Shown in pieces: positions 25,658 through 39,221 of a stretch of 64,000 bases of DNA. This DNA comes from Lama glama (lineage: Eukaryota): NCBI GenBank assembly GCA_028534125.1, contig CM052817.1, positions 47,308,001-47,372,000 on the forward strand, given 5' to 3'. A program made the position numbers and the translations under genes. The notes under the pieces were generated by a model. It was not told the DNA's origin and did no database searches. It saw only the letters and a list, made by a program, of their open reading frames with translations. Each line of letters begins with the position of its first letter. Position 1 is the stretch's first letter.

Positions 25658-25850
25658 TAACTACTGTATATAAAAATAGATAAACAGCAAGTTTCTTCTG
25701 TATAGCACAGGGAACTATATTCAATATCTTGTAGTAACCTATAATTAAAAAGAGTGTGAAAAGGAATATACGTCTGTGTGTGTATGACTGAAACATTGCG
25801 CTATACACCAGAAATTGACACAACATTGTAAACTGACTCTACTTCAATAT
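25658..25850 (+). mobile_element. L1 extreme 3' fragment
   Basis: tgtatagcacagggaactatattcaatatcttg...cacaacattgtaaactgac. Confidence 0.85.
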
Positions 25851-28800
25851 ATGAACCATGAAGTGTGTAGTATGGGATATGACTTCTTCCTTCTTTTTCC
25901 ACCTGGTGGAAAAATGCCCTCTTGGTATGTGGGAAAGTATGATTCACTCGCAGGAAAATGGGCAAATAGGTTTTGAACTGTGACCTAGTTTGCTGCTCCT
26001 TTGTCAACCAGAGAGGAGCTACCTACCTACCTCCACCCATATATACGCACATACACCCATGCCTACATACATACACAGTATATACATATACCCACACGTA
26101 TGCACATACATACATATACGTGCACATGTGAATGTGTATGCACTGTGTATGTATGTGTAGAAGTGTTTTGTAAGATCAGGAGCATACTTCTGTGGCATCT
26201 CAGGAGCTCTTTCATTTCTGTCTCAGAATACGGCCTTGGTAGATGCTGAGGGTAATTGTGGGCAGCTCGCTGGCTGACCTCATTGGGTAAGGAGGCTTGT
26301 TCTGTGACACATGTGACTTAGGAAATAATTATAGTTCTGTAGAAATTGGAGAATCTAAAAAAGAATTCCTTGAGTCCTTTTGTTTCAAAGTCACGGCTGT
26401 GAGATTGCCTGAGTATCATCAGAGGAAGAATTGTGAGGCTCTGGTGCTCAGCTCTCTTCCCTCTCCCCCTCCCACTCTTGGAATTGGGGCATGCCCATCT
26501 TTCTCTGCCCTGTTTGTTTCCCAGTTGCTAATTCCATTTCATTCTATTCTTAACAAAGTTGCTGATCTTGTCCTCTCAAATATCCAGTTTCCTGAGAAAC
26601 AATTTTTCATCATTTTCAGGTACTTGTTTGGGTTTCAAGGTGTAGTGTGGGTCACTGTACCTTCTCCTTGGCACAGAGTATGTGTTTCCACTGGTGTAGA
26701 GCTCTAGAGAGCAAAGACTTTGTCTTGAGGACTGCTCTATCCCCGTACATAAAACAGAGCTTCATACCTTGTGGCTTCTCAGATATTTGTTATTTAATAA
26801 ATAGATCTAATAAACAGGTTATTATCATATTTGGATTTGCCTATTTCTGAATTTCCTAAAATTCCCCTGTTCTATGTCCCTCTCCAGGTTTAATTGGTCC
26901 CCAGGAAAATGAGGATTGAAACAATGGCTATACAATTAATTGTTCAATGTTATCAAGGCTTCTTGTGACATCTTTTCTCACTCCACAAAGCCAAGGACCT
27001 AGGCTTATCAGTTTTTACACTTTTGTGGTTGTGCTCAATAAATGTTTGGCAAATTGAATTGAATTATGTGCAAGGTTTGGAGTGTCCACTAATTTTGCCC
27101 TGAAGTCTGTTTGGGATAACTTGCCTTGTTGCTGGCATCAGTGGAAGTAAAATAAGCTACGACCGGCATCTGCCAATCCAGTTTGCAGCAGCAATACTAA
27201 AAAGTGTCTTAAAGAAGGTGTAAAGGGATCCTTTGTAAAATTTTTGATTTCAGCCACCTGAGCCATTGCTCTTCCTTGTAACTAAAGAGCATACACTTTA
27301 CTGATGTAACTCCCACTCCTCTATTGAACATCAGAATGATTAAAGTTAAATGCTTTGAGCTTTAGATGGAGATGTTATTAAATGCAGCACGTTACCTGTC
27401 ACCAGCAACTTACTGCTGTTTAGCTGAAATATTTCTTCCTCATACTTTTGTTTTCTTTTGTCATTGTACCAAATCATCGTAATATTGCTCAGAAATGTTA
27501 AGAAATCTCCAAGGTCACGTCTGTCTCCAGGATGGTTATCTTTAAGCATTGTTCGCTTGTGTGTAGCCAACCTAGATTACCTTGGAAATCCATTAGGGAC
27601 AATGCCAAATTGCCTGCTAAAATCATGAGTGGTTTCAGTATGAAGGGCTTGGTTATACTACTTTGACTGGATATATTGACAGTGAAGATTTAAAAGGAAC
27701 CTTAATGCTTCCTCAAAGAGGATTGCTATTACAAGAATTTTGGGAACCCTCTCCTTAGACTTCCTTAGATAGAGATCAGCTTTTATTTCTAAGCTGTGCT
27801 ACTTCTATTGTTGTAAGTTGCTGAATTATTCTTTTTAATTAATCAGCTTTTGTTCTGATTGTAGATGCTTTATATGTGCCCATTGTAATTATCTTCTCTT
27901 TCTGTATTCCCCAGATTTTTGACAATCATCACAAATATCAAACTGTTGTTATAATTTATCATATTCTAGTCAGTCTTCTTTTAATACACAGATTCTGGGC
28001 GATTTTTGGTATACCTGTTTTTGTTTTGTTTAATATTTTAGTATAATTTTCCATATCATTACAAACTCCTTGTAAACATCATTTTAATCCCATCATACTA
28101 ATAGCTCTTAATTTATGTAATTATTTCCCTAATGGTATCCATTTTCTCATGATAGTGAACAGTGCCACATGATGTTGTACGTAGATTATTGCCTTTTTCA
28201 AATGACCACTTTCGGAGAGAGCCCTAGAAGTTGATTCCTGAGTAAAACCACATTAGTATGCTACATTTTGACAAATAACTTTTGAAGAAGTTTGTACAAC
28301 CTGAGGTCCTGTGACCTTAGCAATATAGGAAAGTGTTGATTTTAAGCATTTTAATTTGGCTCTGTTCTTCTTGACATTTGAACATAATTTTAAAATATTT
28401 GGTTATGCAGTCTCTGAAAGTTGCCATGAATTAATCATGTTTCTAGTTATCAAGTACCTCAAAGTATGAACAATTATATTATTAAAATGTTTTGTTATTT
28501 TATCGGGACTGTAAGAAGATTTATCTACCTCGTAGGACAGAATTTAAGAGTTGTGTATTCTTTAGAATGGATCGGAAAGCGTGGGAAGAGCCTTCTAGCT
28601 TAGGAATCTCGGCGCCCACATGTAATTGATCTACCCCAATTTTCCAAGTACGTTTACATGACTTTGCTGACTAACTGTAAATCTGTAGGAGAGATTTTGT
28701 GGTAAAATGTCAGTCTCTTGTTTATAAAAATGAGGGCCACAAATTCATCATGATGAATCTTAGTGGAATTTAGAATAAGTTATGAGCAGCAGTCTGTCTT

Positions 28801-29134
28801 GTTCTTGAAATGACTGATAAAAATAGTATTTAGGAAACTTATAGAAAGCAAAATAGGATTAAATACATGACTCTTCAGATACTTTAATAGTAAATTACAT
28901 TTCCTACAATTTTTCTTCCTGTTTAGTACATGTAGTTTTATATGTACTAATGCACACAAATAAAAGCAGAAAGAATGGTTGAAATAATTACTTATATGAG
29001 TTTGAGTTCTCCTTCTTGTATGTATGGCAACCTCTCTTTTTTACAGGTAGAGTCCATTTGTTAATCTAAACTCTAGCCAGTACATGCATTAGAGGACCTA
29101 TTATTGTTCATTGCCTCTCCTCCATCGGATGGTC

Positions 29135-30152
29135 AGGGGCACAACTCTGCTCACTGTGTGGTTTAAAATCCTGACTCTACCACTTTTCTGGCTGATGAAC
29201 TTAACCTCTCAAAGCATCATTTTCTCGTATGTAACATAGGCATATTACTACCACTTACTTCATAGGGTTTTTAAGAAATATTTTTTAATTAAAGTCTAGT
29301 TGATTTACAGTGTTTCTGGTGTACAACAAAGTGATATTCTTTTTCAGATTCATTTCCATTATGGGTTATTACTAGATATTGAATATAGTTCACTGTGCTA
29401 TGCAGTAGGTCCTTGTTGTTTATCTATTGTATATATAGTAGTATGTATCTGTTAATCTCAAATTTAAAATGTATCCCCTCTTTTCCCTTTGGTAACCGTA
29501 AGTTTATTTTATATGTTTATGAGTCTGTTTTTGTTTTGTAAATAAGTTCATTTGTATCATTTTTTTAGATTCCGCATATAAGATTCCATATTAGATTCCA
29601 CATATATCATATGATATTTGTCTTTCTCTCTCTGACCTACTTCAGTTAGTATGATAATCTCTAAATCCATCCATGTTGCTGCACATGGCATTTTTTCATT
29701 CTCTTTTATGGCTGAGTAGTATTCCTTTGTCTATACGTACACCACATCTTCTTTATCCAGTCATCTGTCGATGGACATTTAGGTTGCTTTCATGTCAGCG
29801 CTATTGTCGATAGTGCTACTAGGGACATTGGGGTCGGGTATCTTTTTGAATTAGAGCTCCCTCCGGATATATGCCCAGGAGTGGGATTACTGGATCACAC
29901 AGCAACTCTATTTTTAGCTTTTTAAGGAAACTCCATACTGTTTTCCACAGTGGCTGCACCAGTTTACATTCCCACCAGCAGTGTAGAAGTGTTCCCTTTT
30001 CTCCTCACCCTCTCCAGCATTTATCATTTATAGACTTTTTGATGATGGCCATTCTGTTCTTACTGAAGTACTGCTTACTTCATAGTGTTTTAAAGGATTC
30101 ATAAAATGCTGGCACATGGTAAGCAAGCTGGAATGATAGTTATTATTATTAG
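29135..30152 (+). mobile_element. MIR split by an L1 insertion
   Basis: MIR core (aatcctgactctaccactt...aacttaacctctc) before 29271 and MIR tail (tggcacatggtaagc...gttattattatt) after 30074. Confidence 0.7.
29272..30073 (-). mobile_element. L1 3' end, intermediate age
   Basis: Reverse ORF2 end and 3' UTR (ctccatactgttttccacagtggctgcacc). 18-bp TSD cttacttcatagKgtttt with one mismatch at 29254 and 30074. Confidence 0.9.
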
Positions 30153-30552
30153 TATGTCTTAGTCTATGCTTTTTAAAAAAACACTTATATTCAAGGAAAG
30201 CTACCTCATTCCAGTCCCTACATTTCTGATAGGTCTGCCTGCCACCAGGGCTTTCCAGGAATGGATTTAGTAAGTCATGGACTTGTAAGCTCTCCAGACA
30301 CTCAGCTCACCATGTGACAGCTCTTTAAGGGTTCTATTTTCATGTATTATCTTCATGTTGGTATCTCATTTTAGTGTTGCTTAATTTATTGGAATATAGC
30401 AGTAGGGGGAGGAGTTGAATAAGGAATAGTGCAAAAGCAGTTATTCCATATGGATTCCACACCAACTATATCTTGTGTATTCCAGACAATTCTTTTTCAT
30501 TTCACCTTATTTATTGAAATTCCTTCTTTCTATTTCACTGAGAGAAAGTTCC

Positions 30553-31135
30553 TGTATTAATCATGACTCCTTTGGATGCAAATAACAGGAACCCAGTTGA
30601 CAGTGGTTAAGGAAAACAAAATGGATCAGGTAATCAAAGTCAGGTATAGCTGAATCTAGGGCTCAAATAATGTCAGAAATCAGTCTCTGTCTCTCCCCAC
30701 TCCCCTTCCTTTGTCCCTCCCTTTTTCCCTTCCCTCTTTCTTACTTTATCATTTTTCCTCTGTGTTGACTTTTCTTCTCTCTGTCAGGATAAGACTGTGA
30801 CTGTCCTAGTTGTGGCAAAGGTGTCACCAGCAACTCTAGGCTATCAGTCTACTTTTCTACCCACTAGACAGAACTCTTCTGTTTTGGCAGTGCAGTAATA
30901 GATCCAGGTAGGTCTTTTACTGGCTACCCAGCTCAAGTCATGAGCTTATCCTTGAACTGTTCGCTGTGCTCAGGGGATGCAGTGCTCTGATTAGCTGGGA
31001 TTGAGATGTTTCACTCTTGATTTACAGCAACTCAAAGTGGAGTGTGGGGTGGTTAACTGGAGGGAAATTTGAGGTTCAGTTAAAAGAAAAAGGAGGGATG
31101 AATGCTGGGAAGCACTCATGTGCATTAAGGCCACA
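30553..31135 (-). mobile_element. Old MaLR LTR (MLT1J/K-like)
   Basis: tttggatgcaaataacaggaaccc...tcaggtatagctgaatctaggggctcaaataatgtca. Right boundary uncertain. Confidence 0.6.
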
Positions 31136-31175
31136 GCTGTGAGGACTTCCAGCACGTTGCATGGGACCTGGAGGC

Positions 31176-31636
31176 TGTGGCAGGTAGAAGAATGGCTCCC
31201 AAGATATCCATGTCTGAATCCCTGGAACCTGTTTATATGTTACATGGCAGAGAGGAATTAAGTTTTCAGATGGAATTAGGTTGCTGATCAGTTGACCCTA
31301 AAATAGGGAGATTATCCTGGATTATCCATTGGGGCATCCTTATAAATTGAAGAGGGTGGTGAAAGAGAGACTTGATTGGATGTCACTAGCTTTGAAGATG
31401 GAAGGAGGGAGCCATGAGCCTGGGAGTGCAGGTGGCCTCTGGGCATTGAAAAAGGCAAGGGAGCAGATCACTTTTAGCATTTACAAAAGAAATGTAGCCC
31501 ACTGACACTTTGATTTTAGCCCTGTGCAACCTGTTCCAGACTTCTGAACTCCAGAACGATAGGATAATATATTTTCATTGTTTTAGGTTGTCAGGTGTGT
31601 GGCAGTTTGTTACAGCAGCAGTAGGAGACTGATACA
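31176..31636 (+). mobile_element. MaLR solo LTR (MLT1D-like)
   Basis: TGTGGCAG...TAGGAGACTGATACA termini; ggagattatcctggattatcc core; 5-bp TSD gaggc/gtggc with one mismatch. Confidence 0.9.
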
Positions 31637-31697
31637 GTGGCCTAGTGGACTGTCCTAGTTTCTCATATTTTTGTCAAACCATGATCCAGACTATTTT

Positions 31698-31844
31698 TTA
31701 AATTATTATTTTGGGGTGTTTTTGGGGGGGGGTGGTAATTAGGTTTTTTTTTTAATTTTTTTTTTAAATGATGGTACAAGGGATTGAACCCAGGACCTCA
31801 GGCATGCTAAGCATACACTCTACCGCTGAGGTATACCCTCCCCC
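31698..31844 (-). mobile_element. tRNA-Ala-derived SINE (camelid Vic-1-like)
   Basis: Homologous to 4107-4260; TSD agactatttt at 31688 and 31848. Confidence 0.88.
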
Positions 31845-34524
31845 ACTAGACTATTTTAGATCTGGAAAATACAATTACTACAAGTAAATTTTTGGTGAAA
31901 ACCTTTAAAAATTATATCCACATTTCTTATCTGTCATATTTTCTCCTGCCTTTGGCCCTGAGTACAAATGCTAATTTTCCTGGCTTTAAATTCTAGGCTC
32001 AATAATAGCCTTTAAAAGTATTATCCATTAAAAATTTTTAAGATGTGTGAAAAATATTAATTTTTAGAATGTCTTAATATTTTTCTTGCATCTGTAAAAT
32101 TTCCAGTGCTGATAAATATAACCAGTAGAAGTGCTTCTTTTAAAACTAAGATTGGAATGTTATTTGGCATTTGGGCCTCATTAAAAAAAATATAAATCTC
32201 CTCTGCTTGTTATCCTGTTATTGATTATTTAATCATTTTAAGATGTAGCAAAGAAAGTAAATACTTGGATATTTTTCTTTAAAACAGTTTTTATTTTCTT
32301 TTCTTAAAAGATCTCCTCTTACCTGATTTCATGTTCTGGAATGCTAGAGAATGTGCTGTTCTTTCCTAAATGACTCTCTTGAACATAAACATTGTGCAAT
32401 TGCAACAAATATTTATGAAAAATCCAGATTAAAAAAATGAGAAGAATTTTTAAGTTCACAACTATTTGTTCTTTCTTAATAATGAGTGGGGGAAAAAAAG
32501 CATCTCCTCCCCCAATCCCCCAATAGCTATGAAAATAGATTTGCAACTAAAATAAAAGACATCAAAGAGTTTCTTTGCCTTGTGGTGATAAGAGCCTGGA
32601 GGAGATGAAGTGAGGAAAAAAGAATTTGGCTGGGTTCAGAATTTCAGCATGTGTCGCGATTAATTTTTAATTGCCTTTGAGAGAAGATGTGTCCCCTTCT
32701 CTGTTAGTGTTTACAGCCTTGGTGAGCCCTTTGGCATGTAATGTCCTCTTTAACGTCCACTCTTCACCCCGCTTACATCTTTCCTGGAGCAGCTGGCTCC
32801 TGTCATTTCTGATGAAAGTCATTCTCTTTCCCTCGGCTCAGGATTTGGAAATGTTGTTGTTGGAGCTGCTTCTTTAGCAGATCTTGAAAATGCTTATTTG
32901 ATTTCATTCTTGTGGCCAGATTGTTGCATACTGAGAATTTATACCTGATAAAGGAAATTGCCTGTGTGACTGTCTCTATAGTAGGGCAATCAGCCAATTC
33001 ATGGGAGAGAATCCCAGTCTCTGGGTTGGGGAATGGAGCATGAGTTCTTACAGCCAGCTGAGACGTCAGGCCCTCTGTTGACATGGAGCTTAAGATCCCT
33101 TCTAGCCAGCAGAGACACCGGGTTTGGGTGGGAATGGAGTGGGGAGAGGCCTGAGGGGTGCTGGGACACAGAAGGAATCTGATATTGACTTCCTTCTATG
33201 GCTCGAGGTAGATGATGATGGTGATGGTGATAATAACACCACCTACACCTAATTTTTCATTTAGTGAAATGTTATTAGGTGGACCAAGCCCTTTATATAA
33301 CTTATCTCTTACTCCTGTTTTACAGGTAACCTTTCTGAGCCTTGCTTTTCTTAGTTTGCTCACAGGATGCTAACAGGATTGCTCATACCAGCTTGAACCA
33401 GAATTCAAACACAGTGCTTTTTGACTCCAGACCTTTAGTGTTCAACCATTGTACATCGTACCCCATTTCCTTTCTTGCTTGGGAACTAAAGTTGCATTGC
33501 ATCAATCACAAGTATTCCCATAGTCTGTGTGCCTGGGGTAGCTTTGTTCTTAATCAGATCAGCTTAAAGTTGCTGCGATACATGGGAACTTTGCACCACA
33601 GCCCTCTGGGTCCTAGCAGTGTTGATTGTACTACTGGAGACTTCTCTTACTGTTCTATCATGTGGTCTTTGTAATGTTCAGGGGACATCTATTCTCCTCT
33701 AGGGAACATTTGTGTAGCATTCTACAATATAAAGCATCCCCAGCTGCCTGTCCTCACTTGTGAGCACATGTGGCTGAATGCATGAAGGAGTTACGGTGAT
33801 CTCCAAGCTAGGCCACAGGGTCCTACTGTGAGCCCAGTCCCTCCTGAGAATCCCCACTTCCAAAAATAGCCATTGATTTCTCTTTTTCCCCAAAGACTGG
33901 TGTCCACTGGGGACATTTGAACACATTTGAGATCATACCTCTGCCCCAACGAGCTTAAAATCGCTGAAAGGACAAGACTTGAGCCTGTAACTTTTCACCT
34001 ATAGGGATTTTATAACTTTGATGCAGACAGTACACAGCCGTGGGAGTTAGGAAGCTTGGACTAGGGGGCCTGTACTCTAGACAAGTTAGCAGGGGAGGTT
34101 TCTTGGAAAAGATGGGGCTTGAGAAGGGCCATGAGGGCCAGGTTGGATTTGCAGAGATGGAGAGAAAGCAGCAGGCTTTGCCACCGTTGATGCAGCAGAA
34201 AGGGCTCTAAAGGCAGGGGTGGTAAGTTGGGTCTAGTGAGCACTTTAGAATGTTTCCATAGGTAACATGGGAGATGATGTCAAAACGCAATTAGAGACCA
34301 GACGCAGAGGGCCTTAAATGATGAAGTTAAGTTTTGACTTGGGTTAAATTACCTAACTTTGAGTTTCAATTTCTCAAGTGCAAAGTGAGGGGGTTTGGTT
34401 AGCAGACAGTCTTACAAGCAGTTTTTGGGTCCAACATGGAAATAAAGATACTAATTTTCTGAATCTATTTTATCCTGAAGTAATGATGAGACAGTTGAAA
34501 CTATTAAGAGAGAATAACAGAGTA

Positions 34525-34720
34525 ATATTAATATCTAACATTTATTGAGCACTTACTATGTGCTGAATACTGTGTTAAGCACTTTGGATAAGGCTGTTTA
34601 ATTTTTATAACAAGCCTATGAATTCAACACTATTGTCTTGATTTTTTTGAGTGAGTACTGACATACACAGTCTTATGTGACCAGAATCACAAAGGTAGTA
34701 AGTGATAAGACCTAGGCATA
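34525..34720 (-). mobile_element. MIR SINE fragment
   Basis: taacatttattgagcacttactatgtgctg...ctgtgttaagcacttt is the reverse MIR tail. Confidence 0.75.
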
Positions 34721-35672
34721 TTAGATGTGAGACTTCAAAACAGCTTTCCTGGCAGTAATTTAGACACTATTTTGGTACAATCTGTGTAGCATTTGGCTGT
34801 GAGAAATGATATGTGGGACACTGGGACTTGGTTCTTGGAGCGTTTCACTGTGAGGCAATGGGGACTTGAAGGTGACTGGAAGAAAGAGGATTAGTTTGAG
34901 AGAAAGGACTTGAATGATATTAAGTGGTGGAAAAGTTGAAGCGAAGTCAGTTTTTGAGCCTGGGGATTTGGGACAATCAGCATATTATGAATAGAAATAG
35001 TGAAGTCAGAAAGACAAGGTGCATATTCAGGTGAAAATGAGAAGTTTGGTTTGGATATTTTAAGGGTGAAGGGAGGGTGCACATTCTTCTCAGCAGAACA
35101 AAACTGATGCATTTAGGTTTCAGTTTGAGGCAACTTCTCTTTTTCTTTAACCTGTATTTACCAAGGGCTTGATGTGAGGATATCGTGCTAAAACACGGAC
35201 GTGGGTAAAAGGGTCCAAAGCCTCAGAAACAAGTAAAGTTTGGAGACTATTAGAAAAGTCTAATGTGGTTGACCTTAACACAGAATGTCTGCCTAGCTCC
35301 AAGGCCTCTAAGTGTATGGAAGCACAGAACGCTGGCTTCTCAAATCCTTTGATGTAGGTTGTGTGCAATGTTTGTGTGTTTGTGGGTGAAAAGAGGTACA
35401 CACATACCACACGTACACACATGCACAGAGACACAAGAATGTGGGTTTTTTCATGAAGTGCAAGGAGGAAGAAGGCATTATGTTAAACTTTAGAATCTGG
35501 CATTTAGATATGAAAGAATTCCCTGACCAGGAGAATTGTTAGTGTTATAATTAGACCCAGTGGAGATATGACAATACCGTTTCTTAAAGTTAGCTCAAGT
35601 TCTTGAGGAGCTTGTGAATAAAACATACCTCTCCGACCTGCCTGGGTTCTGAACATGCTGAGAAATAGCAAA

Positions 35673-35853
35673 TCTACTGTTATTTATAAAGTAGATAAAC
35701 AGCAAGGTCATCCTACTGTAGAGCACAGGGAACTATATTCAATACCTTGTAATGGAAAAGAATATGAAAAGGAATATATATGTGCATGTGTGTGTGTATA
35801 TATATATATGCGTGTGTGTGTGTATACGTATATATGAATGTACGTGCGCGCGC

Positions 35854-35884
<31 letters not shown>

Positions 35885-35989
35885 CATATATACATATATA
35901 TATATATATGTAAATGAATCACTATGCTGTACACCGGAAGTTAACACAACATTGTAAACCAACCACATACTTCAATTAAAAAAAAAAAA
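35673..35989 (+). mobile_element. L1 extreme 3' fragment with internal microsatellite expansion
   Basis: agcacagggaactatattcaatacc...cacaacattgtaaacc...ttcaattaaaaaaaaaa. Confidence 0.85.
35774..35912. repeat. Compound (TG)/(TA)/(CG) microsatellite
   Basis: About 140 bp of almost unbroken purine-pyrimidine alternation. Confidence 0.95.
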
Positions 35990-36799
35990 GATGTAGTGAA
36001 AATACCTCTTAGAAAAGAGGAGGGGGTGGAGCCCGAGGCTTTCACTTGGGCAGGCAGTGCGCTGTCTAACGAGCTCCCTCTCTGGTGTGTGTCGGCCCCG
36101 CTGGGCTGGGACAGGGGGCCTGCCCCTCGGGAAGTGGAAGAGAACCCGGGGCCTGGGAAGAAAGATGATGTGGGAGTGCTGAGCTTTGCAAACTGCTTAT
36201 CTTTCCCAGACTTGCCAGTCACATCCAGCACTCTTCTTTGTGGGGAGAGGGGGGAGTTAAGGGGGATGGAAAGGCCTGGAATCCTCAGAAAAATCTCTCC
36301 TCACAGAGAGCCGGAGCAGGTGAAAGACACTGCACCTCTAACTTAAGACAACATAACGCCTTCAGCTTGAGATGGCACTTCTAACTGTAAGAGACAAGGG
36401 TGAGATGGTTTTTCAAGGTCTTTTTAGTTCTTGACCCGCAGAGTTATAATCCTATGAGTATCAGAGGGATTGCAGAGTGGGGGCTAATTTCCTGCCGCCT
36501 GTTCCTAAGTACCAGGGGCTCTCTGTCTGCATTCCAGGAGGTCTGTTTTAGTGATTAGATCCATTTTTGTTGTTGTTCTTAGTAGTTTAAAATGTAAGTT
36601 CTGGATACTGTGAAATGTTTGATTTACAGGCCAGCAGGAACTGTGAGAAACAGACCCAACATTCGCAAGCAGATTCTGGCTATAGAGGTATCTGGCAACT
36701 TGTGTGGTTTGCTGTCATCGATTGCTTGGTGGTAAACTGCTATTTGGAAAAGAGGATGCATTCTAATTGTACATACTCCTTCAGGCTCAAACTGCTCTC

Positions 36800-38320
36800 C
36801 TTCATTCATTCACTCATTCGCAGGTATCTACTGAGTGACTTCAGAGTCAGTTTTAGATACTGGAGAACTATGGTGAAGAGAATGGATAAAAAATCCCTTC
36901 CCTCATGAAACTTACATGGTAGTAGGTATAAAGAAACAATGAACAAATAAACATATAAATAAAATTTATAGTGTCTGAGGGGGTGACAGATTTTTTAGGG
37001 GAGAAGTAAAGTGCAGAAGGGAGATAGTCAGGAGGTTGTTATTGGTGGTCGGGGGAGCTCTCAAGGAACTGAGGGGTGGGTGAGACGTGCAGCTGTCGGG
37101 GGAAGACGCTTTGGCAGAGGAAATGCAAACACAGTAACCTTGAGATGAGAGGTCCCAATGCTGGCCCTTGGGGACCAGTTACCCTGCGTGCGCCGGGTTT
37201 TGAGGAGAAGAGCGACATGGTCTGCCATTTGAATTACTCTGGCTCCATTCTGAGGATGACCTAGAAAGCAGAAGGACAGAAGCAAGGGGAGAGCAGTCAT
37301 GGTCTCATTTGAAACTGAGCTGGTGGTGCACTGGACTAGGACAGCGGTGGGGGGAGTAGGGTGAGCAGTGCTCAAGAGTCTGGAGGTAGCTTGCAGGTAG
37401 AGTCAATAGGATTTGTTGAAAGATTTATGTGTGGTGTGGGAAGAGTTAAGGATGGCTTAGTTAAGCTTTTGGTCTGAGTAACTAAGAGGTGGAGTTGCCA
37501 CTTACACTGAGGTGGGCAAGGAAGCACAGATGTGGGAGCAGAAAAGCAGAAAGTTGCTTTTGGAAGTGTTGAGGTGCCCGGTGAATACCCACAGGGAGAG
37601 GGTCCGGGGGCGACTGGCTTGACAAGAGAAGAGATCCTGGAGGAAGCCTGGGCCGGAGACTGAGACTGGGAAGGCGTTCAGTGTCACAGCATGGGATGTG
37701 TTCACCAGGCTGGGGAGGGGAGAGGTGGAAGAGGAGGGGCCAGGGCCAGGTCCTGGGCAGTGCAGTGTGTACAGGCCAGGGGCATAAAGGGGGGAGAGGA
37801 GGGAGGATTAGAAGGGGAGACCAGTGAGGAAAGAGGAGAACCAGAAGAGAGAGTGGTGTCCTGGAGCCTAGAGGAAATATGTCAAGAAGGAAAGAGAAAC
37901 AAACGGAGTCAGATGCCGCTAGTCAGACAGGTGAGAAGGTGGAGTCTTGAGCATTGGTTTCAGCTCATGAGGTTACTAAGGATGTTGACAAGAGCATGAT
38001 TGGAGTGGGTTCCAGAAGGAACAAGGATGGGAAAAGAGGAATTGGAGAGATCTCATATAGTCACATTTTTGGAAGTGTTTTGCTATAAAGTGTGTCGAAG
38101 TAGTGAGGAATTAGCTAGAGGCAGATGTGGCATCAAGAAGGTTTTTTGTTCAAAGTGGGAAGTATGGCAGCTTATTGATTTGCTGGTGGGAATGACCTGG
38201 TGATGGGAAAACCGATGAGAAAAGAGAGAGAGGACAATGGCTGAAGCCATCCTGCAAAGGCAAGAGGGGCTAGGATGTGGTACGCAAGTGGAGGGTTTGC
38301 TCTTGTCTAAGACCACAGAC
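36800..38320 (-). mobile_element. L2 LINE relic
   Basis: Begins ttcattcattcactcattc (reverse L2 tail), followed by purine-rich L2-like body (aggtagagtcaataggatttg; gagttgccacttacactgaggtggg). Confidence 0.75.
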
Positions 38321-38958
38321 CATACTACAGGAGGCAATGGACCAGGCATGCACAGATGCCAGCGGGTTGTGGACAATTCACTGCATCTGAGTCAGGCTTG
38401 GATAATCAGTGACCACAGTGTGGCTTTACAGTGGTCCTAGCTCTCTGTGCTTGTGGAATTTATGGCTCATGAAAACCTTTACATGCTTATTGCTGTGGCC
38501 CTTCAGCCATCCCAGTTGACAGTTGTGTAGTTTCACATTTTGACATTGCACATGGGCGCTACTTTTAATAAGTATCTAATTTACGTTTAAGGTTACAGTA
38601 GTTTAAATTTACCAAATCCTCTGCATAATCTCATCTAAACCTCTCACCCAACCTATGAAGTTGAGACTGTTACTAACCTCCAGTTAACAACTGAAGAAAC
38701 TGAGCCTAAAGGGAAAATAAAGAACTTGTTCAAGTTCATGTATTGACTTAACTTCCTGCTTTCAGACACTGCTGTCTGTTCCTTGGTTGTGGGCTGGATT
38801 GCTTTGTGGAAGTATTTAAATGTATGAATTGTATCATTTCTGAGTGCAGTTAATTAACATTGGTTTGCATATGTGATTGTAATCTGAGATTAAATACTTT
38901 TGATACCTTTGAGCTTTCCCCACCAACCCTTTATTTTTCTCCCCAAGACCAAGAATTT

Positions 38959-39221
38959 TTTTTAAACTTTTTTTTTATTGGGTTATAGTAATTTTACAAT
39001 GTTGTGTCAAATTCCAGTGTAGAGCACAATTTTTCAGTTATACATGAACATATATATATTCATTGTCACAGTTTTTTCTCTGTGAGATACCATAAGATCT
39101 TGTGTATATTTCCCTGTGCTATACAGTATAATCTTGTTTATCTGTTCTACATTTTGAAATCCCAGTCTATCCCTTCCCACCCACCCCCTGGCAACCACAA
39201 GTTTGTATTCTATGTCTATGA
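38959..39221 (-). mobile_element. Young L1 3' end in intron 2
   Basis: Same family as the 1.9 and 16.9 kb copies; perfect 16-bp TSD ccaagaccaagaattt at 38943 and 39222. Confidence 0.95.

Noticed and set aside
30127..30138. gctggaatgata (AGMI), resembling the recalled start of ADAMTS3 exon 4
   Set aside because: Lies upstream of exon 3, inside a MIR tail, with no AG acceptor; chance match. Exon 4 was not found in the window.
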